NCBI GenBank assembly: GCA_965644295.1
Contig: CBFFRP010000363.1
Span: 62,001 to 126,000, forward strand
Direction: 5' to 3'
DNA from: Paraphysomonas bandaiensis
Lineage: Eukaryota; Protista; Chrysophyceae
Length of the DNA: 64,000 nt
Shown here: in pieces, positions 35,211-48,200 of the stretch
How the letters are laid out: the number at the start of each line of letters is the position of its first letter
Numbering within the stretch: the first letter of the stretch is position 1
Notes under the pieces: model-generated
The model's input: the letters and a program-made list of their open reading frames with translations, nothing else
Told to the model about the DNA's origin: nothing
Database searches by the model: none
Translations under genes and position numbers: made by a program

Positions 35211-36436
35211 TCTATCGCTCAAAGCAAACGCAGTGAGCAAGCAGAATGTTGATATACCTGACATCTGCTAACTTCAGGTTTTTTGAGTCCTTCAGGTGAA
35301 GATCCCGGATGCTTGAATTCAGCAGGCAGCCCAATACCCCGGTTACCGGTTACCCTTCAGGTGGACCAATTTCCGGGTTCCTGTTTATTCGTCAAGTCTC
35401 AAAGACGCCTACACAAGTGACACTTATTGATGTCTCTAGTACCACACAAGCATTCGGCTATGAGTGGGCAGAACAATATCTGCTGCCTATGTTTGTGGCA
35501 CACGTTAGTTTCCCGGAGAAATATCTCCGGTAGTTATCCCCCAGAACACCGCCAAAAGGTGCGAGTCCGACTTTGTTGAGGGTTTGAATATATTGCCGAT
35601 GAACACTGGCAAGTATCCACTTAATATACCTGGCAAATTATTGTTATTATAACATATAATATCACGATTAATTCCCTTGTAATGCGTAGTATATAGTATA
35701 TATCTCTCTTGTATTATGTACTGTGCACTGACGTAATATTAGGTGAACATCTGTTGTTACTAGTTGTTAGCATATGTTTATATTATGTTCTCTAGCCAGC
35801 CCTAGATCTTATACAGTATATATTATATAGTATATAGTGATATCTGTAACTGAGTTCACTTTCTTACTTTCTTTATATTCACCATGATTACTATCAGTTG
35901 ACTACATCTATAGCACAACTGCACACTATTAACTCACTTCACTTGCACAATATATATAGTATATAGTATCATATAGCAGAACTCAACAGATGTACTATCA
36001 CTCCTGAATTGCGTTTCCTAATGTTAGATATATGGCACATGTATGAATTTCTTGTACAAGAGTGGTAGTTGTGGGAATTGAATAATTACACATTGATTGT
36101 AATGAGATGACATTGCATTGCTTGTTAGAGGTAAGGCTGGAACAGCTACGGCTACTTGTGCCTTGCAGATATTGGCTAGGGATTGTACAGAAAAAAACAT
36201 TGCGTGGGCCCTTAGCCCTTACTATAAAACTATACGAACTCCTTCGCACAGATACATATTATTACTAAATTCGGAGTGTATTTATCTGCAATGTGTAATA
36301 TTTGACGTTTGCACTATATTCCTCAGACCACTCAGTTTAATAACTTGATACCAATTTCACGTCTATATATTATTGGCTATTCCTCATGTAGTTTGTACAA
36401 CAGACTTAGGGAATCGACATATATACAAGATAACTG

Positions 36437-37129
36437 CTATGTTTCATTTATGCATCTTTCAATGAAGGCTTCGATGGAATACGTAACGTACAACTTCTGC
36501 CAAAACGGTGTGACGACAGGGTGTTTTTGTTTATATACTTCAACACCTTGCAATGCTGCTGCCCGCTCTAACCGTACATTACCCTCATTCTTACAGTCTA
36601 AAAGTTCTTCTGAAGCGAATTGTTCTTGGAGGTATATATGGAATTCATTAATATCATCAGTACCGCTTTCGTTTTGTCCATGCCTATATTTGTTCAAAAA
36701 CCCTTGTACTGTGTCACTGAATCGTATGCATGTAACAGCTAGCTTTAATAATGACTCAAACTCCGGAAATCCCAAAGCCCCTTGATCAGGAAGTAACCTG
36801 TCTATCACATTGAACACATGGATACGGGCATGAAGAAGTTCCCTTAGAACACTTTGCATGCCTCTTTTGCTAATCATTCCTGTAGCAAGTTCGTTCCCGT
36901 CTTCTGCTGTATTCTCATTCTGTAAACAAAATATCGTACATGCAGTTTCTTTAAACATGATTGGATTAAACTCAAAAAATGGTAAACAATGAATTGCATG
37001 TGCCATTTTATGATTTGGTTGTTGTTCATCTATAAAAAATATAGCAGCAAATTCTAATGGATCGGCTGGACGGCACTGGAGTGTTAAGTCGATTAATTTG
37101 GCGATACTGTTTTGAAAATCGTTATTCAT
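36437..37129 (-). CDS. RIIa/Dpy-30-type D/D domain protein, TPGS1-like (tubulin polyglutamylase complex subunit 1)
   Basis: LTLQCRPADPLEFAAIFF is a D/D motif; the downstream helical pattern (AHAIHCL...FKETACTIFCL...LGFPEF) is loosely TPGS1-like. Confidence 0.5.
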   Translation of the reverse strand: MNNDFQNSIAKLIDLTLQCRPADPLEFAAIFFIDEQQPNHKMAHAIHCLPFFEFNPIMFKETACTIFCLQNENTAEDGNELATGMISKRGMQSVLRELLHARIHVFNVIDRLLPDQGALGFPEFESLLKLAVTCIRFSDTVQGFLNKYRHGQNESGTDDINEFHIYLQEQFASEELLDCKNEGNVRLERAAALQGVEVYKQKHPVVTPFWQKLYVTYSIEAFIERCINET

Positions 37130-37823
37130 TTTATCTGTAACGGATCGATAGATTGAATAGAGGATAGTGAGGTCGTAATATGATGGTTATGTTGGGTCAT
37201 ATACTCGCTTTGGGTTGGTAGATTGTAGAGTGGAGTGGAGTGGGAAACATATAGAAGATCGTGCAGCCTGCTGTCTGTATGTATGTATATATATATGTAC
37301 AGGAGTACTGCTGTTATATGTACCTGCAGATCTAGAGTGGTAATCGTAGCGTACGCATATATGTACTGCTGTACCTCCATCCTGCTGTACATACAGACAC
37401 CAGTGCACTGGATATTATATCATACCTTTATACAGCACGGTATTCTCTCGCATCATAACAAATAGCTAAATTTTTTTTTCGGAAATTTTTAACGACACAG
37501 ACAACACCAGCATATTTAGTATATGAAAACCCAAGCTTTTAAGGGTTTGTTATGATAAAAATAGAGAAAATACTCTAAAAATTCAATTATTCCCTCCTAC
37601 CTGCCTCTGAACTGTTCACACTCTTAAGTATATGAACTGCCCATACTTACAGATATGGAGAAACTATGGAAGAATTATGATATTGTCTACATCATCACAG
37701 TGTATAAGTGTGTGTGAGAGTGGTAATCAAGTGCTGTTGTGTGTGTATATATAAGTGAGTTATAAGAGAGCAGTCTCATATAAGCCTGTATTGACACCTC
37801 TGGAGAGATCGTTCGACTATACA

Positions 37824-40800
37824 ATGGAGGGGGAGAACAGTTATCAGGGTATGTCTGACAGTGATGAGGATATGTCGACTGGGACGAAGACTACAGTGTA
37901 TCCTGATAACTCAAAGTATGACGGGGAGTGGAAAGATACTAAACGCAGTGGTACTGGTATAATGACATGGCCAAATGGTGATACCTATGAGGGTGAGTGG
38001 CTAGATAATATGCTCCATGGCAAAGGTGTCATGACGTATGCGGATGGTCGGTTGTATGTGGGCCAGTGGGAAAGAGGGGCCAAGCATGGAAACGGAGAAA
38101 TGAAGTATGCTGACGGTCGTGAATATCGGGGTGAGTGGCAGTATGGAGAGCGGCATGGGTCAGGGAAAATGACGTATGCATCTGGGGACGTATATGAAGG
38201 CCAGTGGAAGAACCACATGAAATGTGGACGAGGTGTGTACAGATATCATAATGGTGACGTCTATGAAGGACACTTCAAGCGGGACAAAAAGCACGGAGGA
38301 GGCACGTATATCTACTCATCTGGCCGAGTATTCACTGGTAATTGGGAGAACGACAAGCAGAATGGATCGGGGAAGTATGAATTCCCCAATGGGAGCGTAT
38401 TCGAAGGGGAATGGAACGGTGGGGAAAACCATGGTATCGGTCGGATGGCTTATGCTGACGGAAGTGTGTATAAGGGGCAGTGGAAGGGGGGAAAGAAGCA
38501 TGGATCGGGAAAGATGGTGTACACAGACATGTCTGTGTACAAGGGGGAGTGGCGAGATGATTTCTGTCATGGCAGTGGTCGATATGTATATCCGCCAGGT
38601 AGCTCGTGTGTGGTGTATGAAGGTCAATGGTTGTCTGGGCGGAAGCATGGACCTGGAAGCATGACTTATGCCTCCGGTGATATGTATGAGGGGGAGTGGC
38701 GGGCGGATAGGCGGCATGGTGAGGGAAAGTACGTCTACGCTGATGGACGAGTATTTAAAGGCTCCTGGGTGGATGACAGGAAGCACGGAAAGGGGCATTA
38801 CACTTACCCTGACGGCAATCAGTTCTGGGGAGAATGGGGAGAGTCTGGCCGCAGTCCTCTGGGTCGTATGGTATTCTCTGATGGACGTGTTTATCGGGGT
38901 GAGTGGCTGGATGGCGAGATTCATGGGACTGGGGAAATGACCTATCCGGATGGCAGCGTTTATGAGGGGGAATGGGAGCAAGGACACCGAAGTGGGTCGG
39001 GCCGCATGGTATTCGCCGATCAGAGCATATATGAGGGAGAGTGGAAAGCAGGGGACTTTCATGGATATGGAACACTTACCTATTCCCGACTCGGAATTCA
39101 CAAGGGCTATTGGGAAGCTGGACGCAAGCACGGTTCGGGGGTGATGATTTACGCAAGTGGTGATGTGTACACCGGCGAGTGGCGAAACGGAAAGAAATTT
39201 GGTAGTGGAAATTGGGAGTACGCTGCTGCAAGTGTGTCACCAGACTCGCCAACACCTCCAAGCTCAAATGATATATCACGCCCCCCATCACCCCCATTGG
39301 TTCCGTCTGCGAGCAAGCAAGTGAGGCATGGTCACTGGCGTGCTTTATCTCGAATTGTATCACAAAATAAAAATGGTGGTGCTCGTCAATTGAGGCACTC
39401 TCAGTCCCTAGCTCCTGAGCAGCAAACCAAAGAAAGTAAATTAGATAACCGAGATTTTGTGAAGCGCGCTACATCACTCCCCGTATACGTGTCTCCAGAA
39501 GCTGTGTTTGGAAATGGACACTCTAGCCCAATGGTAACGTATCCATTAAATTTGCACTTTGTTAACATTGTTTGGACAGGATAATGGTGAAGAGGTGACC
39601 TCATGCGAACAGCGATCACCATTTCTACCGCATGGTCGTGTTGGAGATAAAAATAGTGGAACTGAGTCTGAGCTGCATGACGAGGATAATTTACAGAACC
39701 ATGATACAGTTGGTGCACGCAGTGCGGCAAGGATGGCCTCGTCTGAATCAAGTTCTACCTCTGATGACCGGCAAGTGACTCACCGCAAGGTCAGTGGAAA
39801 ACAACATTTTCTTTTATACTTACTATATTTATCCGCAGTCCCTGTCCTCGGACAGCCACATATCAAATCAGCATTGTGATAGTCCAGACGTATATGGTAG
39901 AAAGCCTTCAGGTGGCAGCCGCTCCCCTGAATCCACAGATTCTGGGAGCACTGTCGCATTGTCTACTGCAGAAGAACGTTGGCGAGAGAAAATGGAAAGA
40001 CAGTCGATATTGAAGAATGCCCCGCCAACTGAAAATGGTAGTGCTTCAAGCACGCATGCTAAGTCACGAGTTGACTATGGGAGTTCTTATGGTGATCATC
40101 CCGGTCATAACAAAATGTTAATCACGGCCTCTTCGTTGCCAAGTACACCTGATGGACATAAGGTGTGTAAAGTTTGCTTTTCGCTTCTTTTATCACAGTG
40201 CGAGTAGGGTGGATCATCAAGAAGGTATCACGGTGAAGACGATTTTCGGGAACGAAAGATCGACAGTTCTGTTGACGAGGAGCACCCTTCTCCTGTCTCC
40301 ACCGACTCTGATAGCACTCACGCTACAGAAGACCATCGTAGACGGTCAAGGAGAAAAGTGGGCGACAGTGCCAGTAACAGTGACCTTCTCCGTCAGAGAT
40401 GGTCATCTTATGAAGTGTCGAAGTCTCTACCTTGCTCTCCGGCGGTCGATCGACACCAACCCCGAACTATCAAGGTAGTTCTGAATGATGTTTCATATAT
40501 TATTCCTGTGAGGATAAATAAGTGTTCATAATTTTTCTGTTCAGAGCCGCCGTTCAGATAGTTATGTATCGGGCCGTAACCGACCTTATCTTGTAAAGAG
40601 GAAAGACAGCAATGAATACTTCAGGAAATCCTCTGGTGTCACTAGTTCTCCTGCATCCACTGACTCCGACAGCACTCATACAGAGGGATATAGGAGGGCA
40701 TCTTTTACCAAAAACTCCGAATATAGCCGTAGCAGTCAGCATCGACACCACACGCCTCACAACAATGGAATTTCTGCATTGAGCAGTAGTCGATCCGATA

Positions 40801-41439
40801 CAGTAAGTCCATAAAAGTAGACGTGTTTATTTGGTCATCTAGCTTAACCGCATCTACAGGTTACCAATGGTATTACAGTTGGACGGTCAGGTAACCCCGC
40901 TTATCTCGATGAGCTGAAAGCGGTCATCGCCGTGTCGACTGTGCCTGGAACTCCGGGTGGAGCCCATGTAACGAGGGAAATAGAGAGGCAAGTATCTAAT
41001 CTAACTCTGGGACGAGGGAAAAACATGTCATCCCCAGCCAAGGATACGTTTGCTGATATTAGCACACTTCCTCCCAACGCAAGTCCAATAGGCCCAGTGT
41101 ACTCACCCGGCAATTCAGGTGCCGTCAGGAAAGTGCCAATTCCAATCAACCCTGATTCTCCTATTCGGGAGTGGTTAGAGTTAATCCTTCGAAGTATGTC
41201 CTATATTATTTACCGTAGTCTTTTGCCTTACTATATTCACAGAAAAATCTCGTGATGCTGTGGATATTGCATGTAGCTATTTTGTAGATAAAGAAGAACT
41301 GTCAACATTGCAAGATGCCATGGATGCAACGTCATTAGTTGGTCTAGATGTCATACAGAAGTCTCTTAGGAAAGCAGGTTTAACGATGGGGTGTGTAGTG
41401 CTTGTTTGTAATGATTTGAAGGCCAGAGTCAAGGCTTAG
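37824..41439 (+). CDS. MORN-repeat protein (about 19 repeats) with S/P-rich disordered region and small C-terminal helical domain
   Basis: Tandem YxGEWxxGxxHGxGxMxYxDG units at about 37900-39220; multi-exon tail; last exon 41243-41439 ends ...DLKARVKA*. Confidence 0.88.
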
Positions 41440-41802
41440 AAAGTTTTATTATTGTTTTGTAATGTAAGTTCACATGTATGTGTCGTGAATATATAGTGGC
41501 GTTGAATGGTGAAAACAATCGAAGTGGAAATCTGTAATAAGTTGTAATTTACTTGTTTTATTCATATTTTGAGAGACGGAACATATGTACAATACAAAAC
41601 TCCGACGAAGACTAATCTCTTATACCATGATAATCGCAAAGAGCGCTTAGCTCTACTATAAGTTGACAGTAATAATTTTCAATTATTTGCAATAATTACA
41701 GATTTGAGTGGTATGTGGTACTGGACAATAGCTAATCCAAATTATTTCCATATGACCCTGAGACACGTTGAGTTCGAAAGGTACACTACCACTATCAAAC
41801 AG

Positions 41803-43101
41803 CTAGTACTTAGTTTTAAATTCGTAAGGTGAATATTTTTCGGATGCATTTGACGCTCTTTTGATCATGTCAGCATGCTGTGCTCGTAGCGCATGTAGCG
41901 CAGCTTCTGCTGATTGTAGTGAGCGTTCAGTTCCACCTAGCAGTACGGCTTCCATCACGTCGAAATACTCCTCTTCTCCTATAACATTGTCTGTGGGATT
42001 GTGAAAATATGTCGTGGGTTGCTGTTCATGACCTACACTATTCAATCTATCTACATCCACACAATCCTCATATTCTTCAGTGGGTACACATCCGCAGGTT
42101 TCCTTAAGTCGTTCTTCGCAGTCAATACACAACTCTACAGCATCTTCAGCTGAAATCTGTCGAGTTGTGAGCAATTCCCCCACGGCAGATTCCAATGATG
42201 CTACCATATCCGTACACCCAGAAATTTCAGACTCCAGTATGGAAATATTTTCGTCATCTCTGCTATTCGTCATTTTAAGAACATCACTGGGTTCCACAGC
42301 ACGACCAATCCATGTCAAAAATTTCTCCAAATGCACACCCTCAGTTCCTACTTCTTTCGTCATATTCTCTATATACTCTACCTCTGTCTGCAAGCCTTTG
42401 TTGCTTTGTCTCCGTACTACATCTGCTTTCGTTCCGGGTGCTGTTGGTGAAACAGACAACATGCTCTCCAAGTCTAGGGCCGGTGCAACCTCCAGCAAAT
42501 GCTGCATTAGGGCATTCGGTATAGGCTTGTCAGACTGCTGCAGACGCTGCAAGGTCTTAGAAATTTTGACGAGTAATCTACACTTGCACTCTTCAAGGTT
42601 TCTCAATAAATTTAATTTTTGGGTAATTGTACCATAGGCACCAGTAACCATATTATAAAGAGGTGGTCCTGATAGCATCTGCGCGTTACTCTGTTCAGGT
42701 TCCACAGAGTGTGGTCTAGAAACACGCAGTCGGAATAACTGCTCGCTCCATAAACAAGATATATTGATGCACTTCTGACATGAGTCATACACGATCCTCA
42801 TGGCCTCTCTGTTCCATCTGAAGGTCATCAGAGTGATCCATGAGATCGCGTATATTCTCTCTTGTACAGATTCTGACCATGGACGAGGATATCCCATCTC
42901 GTTTAAGTACTCTGAGATGACAAGAGACTCCTCTGTGTGTGTGTTGTCTCCGCATCTCTCTGCACACAGTCGATATAAGCATGAGTCTAATACACGTCCA
43001 AGTGCAGCGGATTCCCCTCCTCTCTTGGCTAAACGAATATCTTCAGCTCCAAGTGATAATAATCGACCTATACTCTGAATGAATGGTGGAGGTACAGCCA
43101 T
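41803..43101 (-). CDS. TEDC1-like (tubulin epsilon/delta complex protein 1) coiled-coil protein
   Basis: AEDIRLAK, GYPR and IYAISWI recall the TEDC1 motifs PEIFRRAK, GYPR and LLALSWL. 432-aa single-exon ORF with coiled-coil C-terminal half. Confidence 0.5.
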   Translation of the reverse strand: MAVPPPFIQSIGRLLSLGAEDIRLAKRGGESAALGRVLDSCLYRLCAERCGDNTHTEESLVISEYLNEMGYPRPWSESVQERIYAISWITLMTFRWNREAMRIVYDSCQKCINISCLWSEQLFRLRVSRPHSVEPEQSNAQMLSGPPLYNMVTGAYGTITQKLNLLRNLEECKCRLLVKISKTLQRLQQSDKPIPNALMQHLLEVAPALDLESMLSVSPTAPGTKADVVRRQSNKGLQTEVEYIENMTKEVGTEGVHLEKFLTWIGRAVEPSDVLKMTNSRDDENISILESEISGCTDMVASLESAVGELLTTRQISAEDAVELCIDCEERLKETCGCVPTEEYEDCVDVDRLNSVGHEQQPTTYFHNPTDNVIGEEEYFDVMEAVLLGGTERSLQSAEAALHALRAQHADMIKRASNASEKYSPYEFKTKY

Positions 43102-45243
43102 GAGGGGGATTAATTCATGTTCGATGATGACAGAGAGACAGCCAGAGACATATATGTATATATATATATATGTGTGCTGTGTATGTGTATGTGTCTATAT
43201 GTGTATGTGAGTGTGTATATATATCGAACAATGCAAATCAGGGTTATTTCGAGTAAACTGGATTTACGAGTAGAATAAACTATCACTTTTATCAAAAATA
43301 CCATTATTATGTGTGCAAACCGAAAAGCTTCTTATCTGCTCTTTCTGTGTGATGTTAACATTAAAAGCTGGGTTTTGTAAAATAAAGTTTAAAAATCGCC
43401 TGTTTTTGACACTCGGTACACGCATTTCACTATGCGGTAAACTCACAGTGTGCTTCCTGTGCGTGTAGATGTCTATGAGGACACTGCATAAGAACAAGAC
43501 CATAGCGCTCATTGTCACATAGATACTGTTACTACTCTACCTGCAGCACCACTCGATGAAGAACATCAGTGTGATGCATCCCACAGCCCTCTCTATACAC
43601 CATAATCCACTGACCATCTGCTCGTATACCAGAAGCATCAGTGTCCACTCACTCCTTAGCAGAGTCCTCAACACAGACACACTGTAAATACTTCCTCTAG
43701 TAGGGGAGATGTGGATGATGTAACCGCATGATTTGAAAGTACATGCAACGAAGATGGTCTGATCAAATAGTTTAGATGGAATCCGTCAACTATCTAAAGC
43801 CTCTGGGCTTGAGTGTTTACATGCCCTCCGCGCTGTAGTTCTATCACAAATATCTGGGAAACTGATATCGTAGATTCACCAATCCTGAACCCAAACTCTA
43901 TGTATCGTAGGGATTCTAGATGCGTAACATGTAACTAATGAACGCTGTTACTTAAGTGACTATTCTCCGTACAGTGTAAAATACTTACAATAGTTTATCC
44001 TAACAAAATGCTTTATATAGGTAGTACGACATCTTTTGCCTTCATATCACGAAACATGTGCCATTCTATAACCCTTTGAGATGGTTCTTTATCTTTACGA
44101 AGACTAACGAATTTAATTTATCGAAAAAGATTGCCACATTCGAGTGCCGCATTTTGACGCGAGTGTAATTTGTAATAATCAGTTTGATTCCTAGAAATCT
44201 AGGAATAGGCTAAGTTTGCTCTTGCATAGGACAATTTGAACAAATTTACATTAACAGAGAATCGAATACTGAATACCGAAATGTATGATTCACTTTGTTG
44301 CTACGATAGAATATGTACCCACGGAAGTGAAATGCGTAAGTAGTACGGTTTTGTCAACGGCTACCGAAAAGAAATTACTTTCCCACGAAATTCGCTTAGA
44401 TACTCTACGAGATTTACTTAAGCAGACTTCTCAGAATTCGCCTGAATTGAGCTAATATTCACAGTTCCCAATGCAGCTGGCCACATGATCAGGGTTAATT
44501 TGTTGCTATTAAGGTAATCGCAGTAGGTTTAAGTCAGCCTAGATTGGCGATTACATCTAGAGATGAATATAGATAGTATACTCAAAGGGTTAAGGAGTGG
44601 TCTTTCAGAGAATGCAGCAGCTATTGCCGTCTGCCACATGAGGCTAGTTCGATGTACCCCAGTCAACATTACAATATGCATTCATTTACAAGCCGAGCAT
44701 ATTTTCCTTTATCATTTCCGATGGAAATCCACTAAACAATAGAATAAAAATTAACAAAATAAGATATGTTATACATACTCCACAAGATTTCCACTCTTAA
44801 TCTGAGTAGTTGTTTCGTTTTTCGCAATATATTTAGAAACGGGAACTTGCTATATTATCAAGGAATATAACATCTTGCAATATTGAAACTCATGAGAAAA
44901 ACATATAGATCAATATAGTGGTAAAATGCAGTAGCGTTTCACTGGTATTAAGCAGAACAACAGAATTAAACAGAATCTCATCAGTCTTGAATCCTCATCT
45001 ATGATATAATCCGCAAAGTCATCCACGATACTTCAGAAACTTAACGTCGATGATAACATACGAGAATGAATGTCTATATGCAATACTAATTATTATGCGG
45101 TCGCACAGCAGTCTTGCAAATCGATAGTACAGAACATGAAAAGCACAAACAACACAAGGTAGTAATAACTTTTGACAAATATTGAACACAGGTAATTTAT
45201 GTACATTTCAAAATCTAAAGCCTTCTAAACCTCTACACATTCA

Positions 45244-48200
45244 CTACTTATTGTTTCCTATCGGAGGCAGAGAATTCATTGTACCACTCCTGCTTAGGTA
45301 ACTCTTGGGGGGGTCTAGTTTCTTTTTCTCTTTCGTCGTTGGAGAAGATACCACAGTCGACCCTCTGGAAAGAGGAGGGGTCATACTGCGCGCCGAGAGT
45401 CTCTTCTGCTCTGCAATCCTAGCCTTCGCCCGGCTGCCAGGCCTCGTCGGACGACGTATACAATCGTACTCCAAGTGGTCTGCCAACTGGCGCTGCCGCA
45501 CCTGTACCCCACACCCAAGGGTACAAGAAACATGCAACATATCACACACCGTTTCCATATGCCTTTGGAGCTTTTTATGCATAACAGTCAGGCCACATCC
45601 TGAAGGACACAACACCATACGATACTTGCATTCCGTGCGCTCGTGCTTTTCCCGGTCTTTGTAGGGAAGTCGCTTGGCACAACCGTTTAGACGGCACCCT
45701 ACAATTCGGGTCTCGCAAGAAGTTCGCATGTGAGCTGCTAATTCCTTCGCTTTCATTTCTTGAGCACACATGCCACACCGTAAGTGACGTTCTGGGCAGT
45801 CCACTTTGATATGAGATTTCATTTGCTTTGCCGGAAGACGGGTTATTTCCTCAGCAACACCACTGACAATAGTCGTGCACCCTAATTCACAATCCACTAT
45901 TCTGTTCATGCACTCATTCTTGTAGTGATTCTCAAGGTCTATCTCACGTACTTGCAATCCACAATCATTTCCACATGGCACAAAACGGTGCCTACACTCA
46001 GTTTTAACATGTTGTTTCATGTCTTTGGCTCGAACTTCACCGCCACAATGTAGTTCGCATTCGACAAACCGATGATCACACTTTGGCTCGTGACGGATCC
46101 ACACGCAATTCTCCATTGTTTGGTTACACCATTTACATACTTCTGGTCGGCGTGGACAGACATCACGGACATGATGAGGAACGGTTCGGTAAATAACCAG
46201 TGCTGCACACTTCAGCGGGCAGGACACACGCCGATTAACGCACTGTGTACGAATATGTTCCAGACGCTTGATGATAGGATAACTCTCCCCACAAAGCTCT
46301 GTGCACTCCATCATCTTATATAGACATGTTTTTTGATGAGCCACCATCTCCTTTGCAGGAACAAACGTATCGCATCCGAGATTACACATCACCAACCTGT
46401 GGGGACACTTCTTATCTTGGTGCTTCTGGTCATCACAAAGTCGATATACCGCATGACATTTACTACACTCATGAGGGCGGTGTGGGCATTCAATCTTTAA
46501 ATGCTTGTCAACATCTCTCGCAATGATATGTGGGTCACCGCAACCCAGGGGGCAATCAATCGAACGAAGCAGACAGGTCGGTATATGATCTTTTATCTCA
46601 TGCTTATGCATCACCTTGCCACAACCCATGGGACAATTCACGGCTTCGTTGATTGTACCACGCTTCACGGCTACCTTACCAAGAAATCCGCCCTTGAATT
46701 GCCCGATGACTTGAAGAACATCAGAGAATCCAGCCTCGAGTGCAAGGTCATATGGATACTTGCCCTCATTGTCTGGCATATCTGGGTCTGCACCACGGTC
46801 AAGTAGAAGTCGTACACACCGAGCGCTCCCATTTTTTGCAGCAACATGTAGCGCTGTATGTCCAAATCTGTTCTGCCTATTCACATCTGCGTGTCTATCC
46901 ACTAATGCTTCCACACAGTGCTCACGCCCGAGAGCACATGCATGCAGTAGTGGAGTATTGCCATTTTTACACTCCACGTTAACACCAGGAGCCCTCTCGG
47001 GTCGGTCCAAAAGATAACATACTGCCAACACAGGGTCACCATCATCATTGATGATGTACTGATGATGTAGCCCTCCAATATTTTCCTCCGCGGCTACTAT
47101 CAGGGCAGTGAGGCTATCCTCAGTTTCGTAATCTATGGAGCACTTATCCTGAAGTGCATAATCCATACACTGTTTGAAATTGGCTGTCTTTATTGCATGT
47201 GTCATGAGCTTTTGGTTCGCTTCCTGTTGACGGGAATCCTGAATGAGAATACGAATCCGGTGGCGCTTCGACACATACTCAGCAATTTCAGCAGTTATTT
47301 CACCCCATAATTGTTTTAGATCAACGCGGCACTCCGAAAACGGGTCCAGTTCATGAAACCTCCTCAACCAACCTTGACCAGGAACTAGTATACCCGCGGA
47401 AAAGTCTTGATAACCTGCTTCCACGATATCAAGGAAGTCGTACTTTTTCCCTTTGAGGTCAAGACGTCGATGAACGCGAATGCGTGGCGGCGGAGGGGAA
47501 GGGTGTGTCCATGAACCCATGAAATTCACGTTGAGAAGCCTTCTCTCTCGAATTCGCTGCACAATGCCAGAATGACCACTGTACGCGGCTTCCGGTACAG
47601 GAAATCTAAAATTCCTTCGCAACCTATTGATTCGAAAAACAAGCTTTTCACGGTGTGCGCGGAGCTCAAACATGTCCTCCACGCCGTGACCTAGCTTTGT
47701 ATCCATTGTCTCTTCTGCATTCATTTGCGCTGCTGCTGACAACACTGACCCTTCAAGAACGACAGATTTTCGTCTAATCTCTCGATTTTCGGAACCACTG
47801 CTCTGCTTCTTTAACTCCCTTTGCATGCGTTCTTTAGCAAACGATGAATGATAGTAAAACAAACGGAAAGTGTCTTGAATCACATTCGCAGACATATGCA
47901 TTAAATCTTCATTGTAGCCCACAGGTGCCCCTTTAGACAGCAGCCAATCAACGACTTCATAACATCCATTTGCAGCCGCCCAACTGATGACCGTATGTCC
48001 TGATGATGTAACCTGATTAAGCAGCTTTGTGACACGTAATTTGTCCTTATTTTGTTCAATACGCTTGCGAAATGTCAGCAACTTCTGAATCTCATTGTTC
48101 ATTTCGTTCTGAACCATATTACAGCGCGATACTTCTGTGTCATATCTCTGCTTCGACATATCGCGAATTTTTTTCTTCTCGTCATACACTGACTTGGCCT

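Noticed and set aside
37985-39363. Long overlapping alternative-frame and antisense ORFs within the MORN gene
   Set aside because: Expected by-product of a repetitive G-rich coding sequence; no recognisable motifs.
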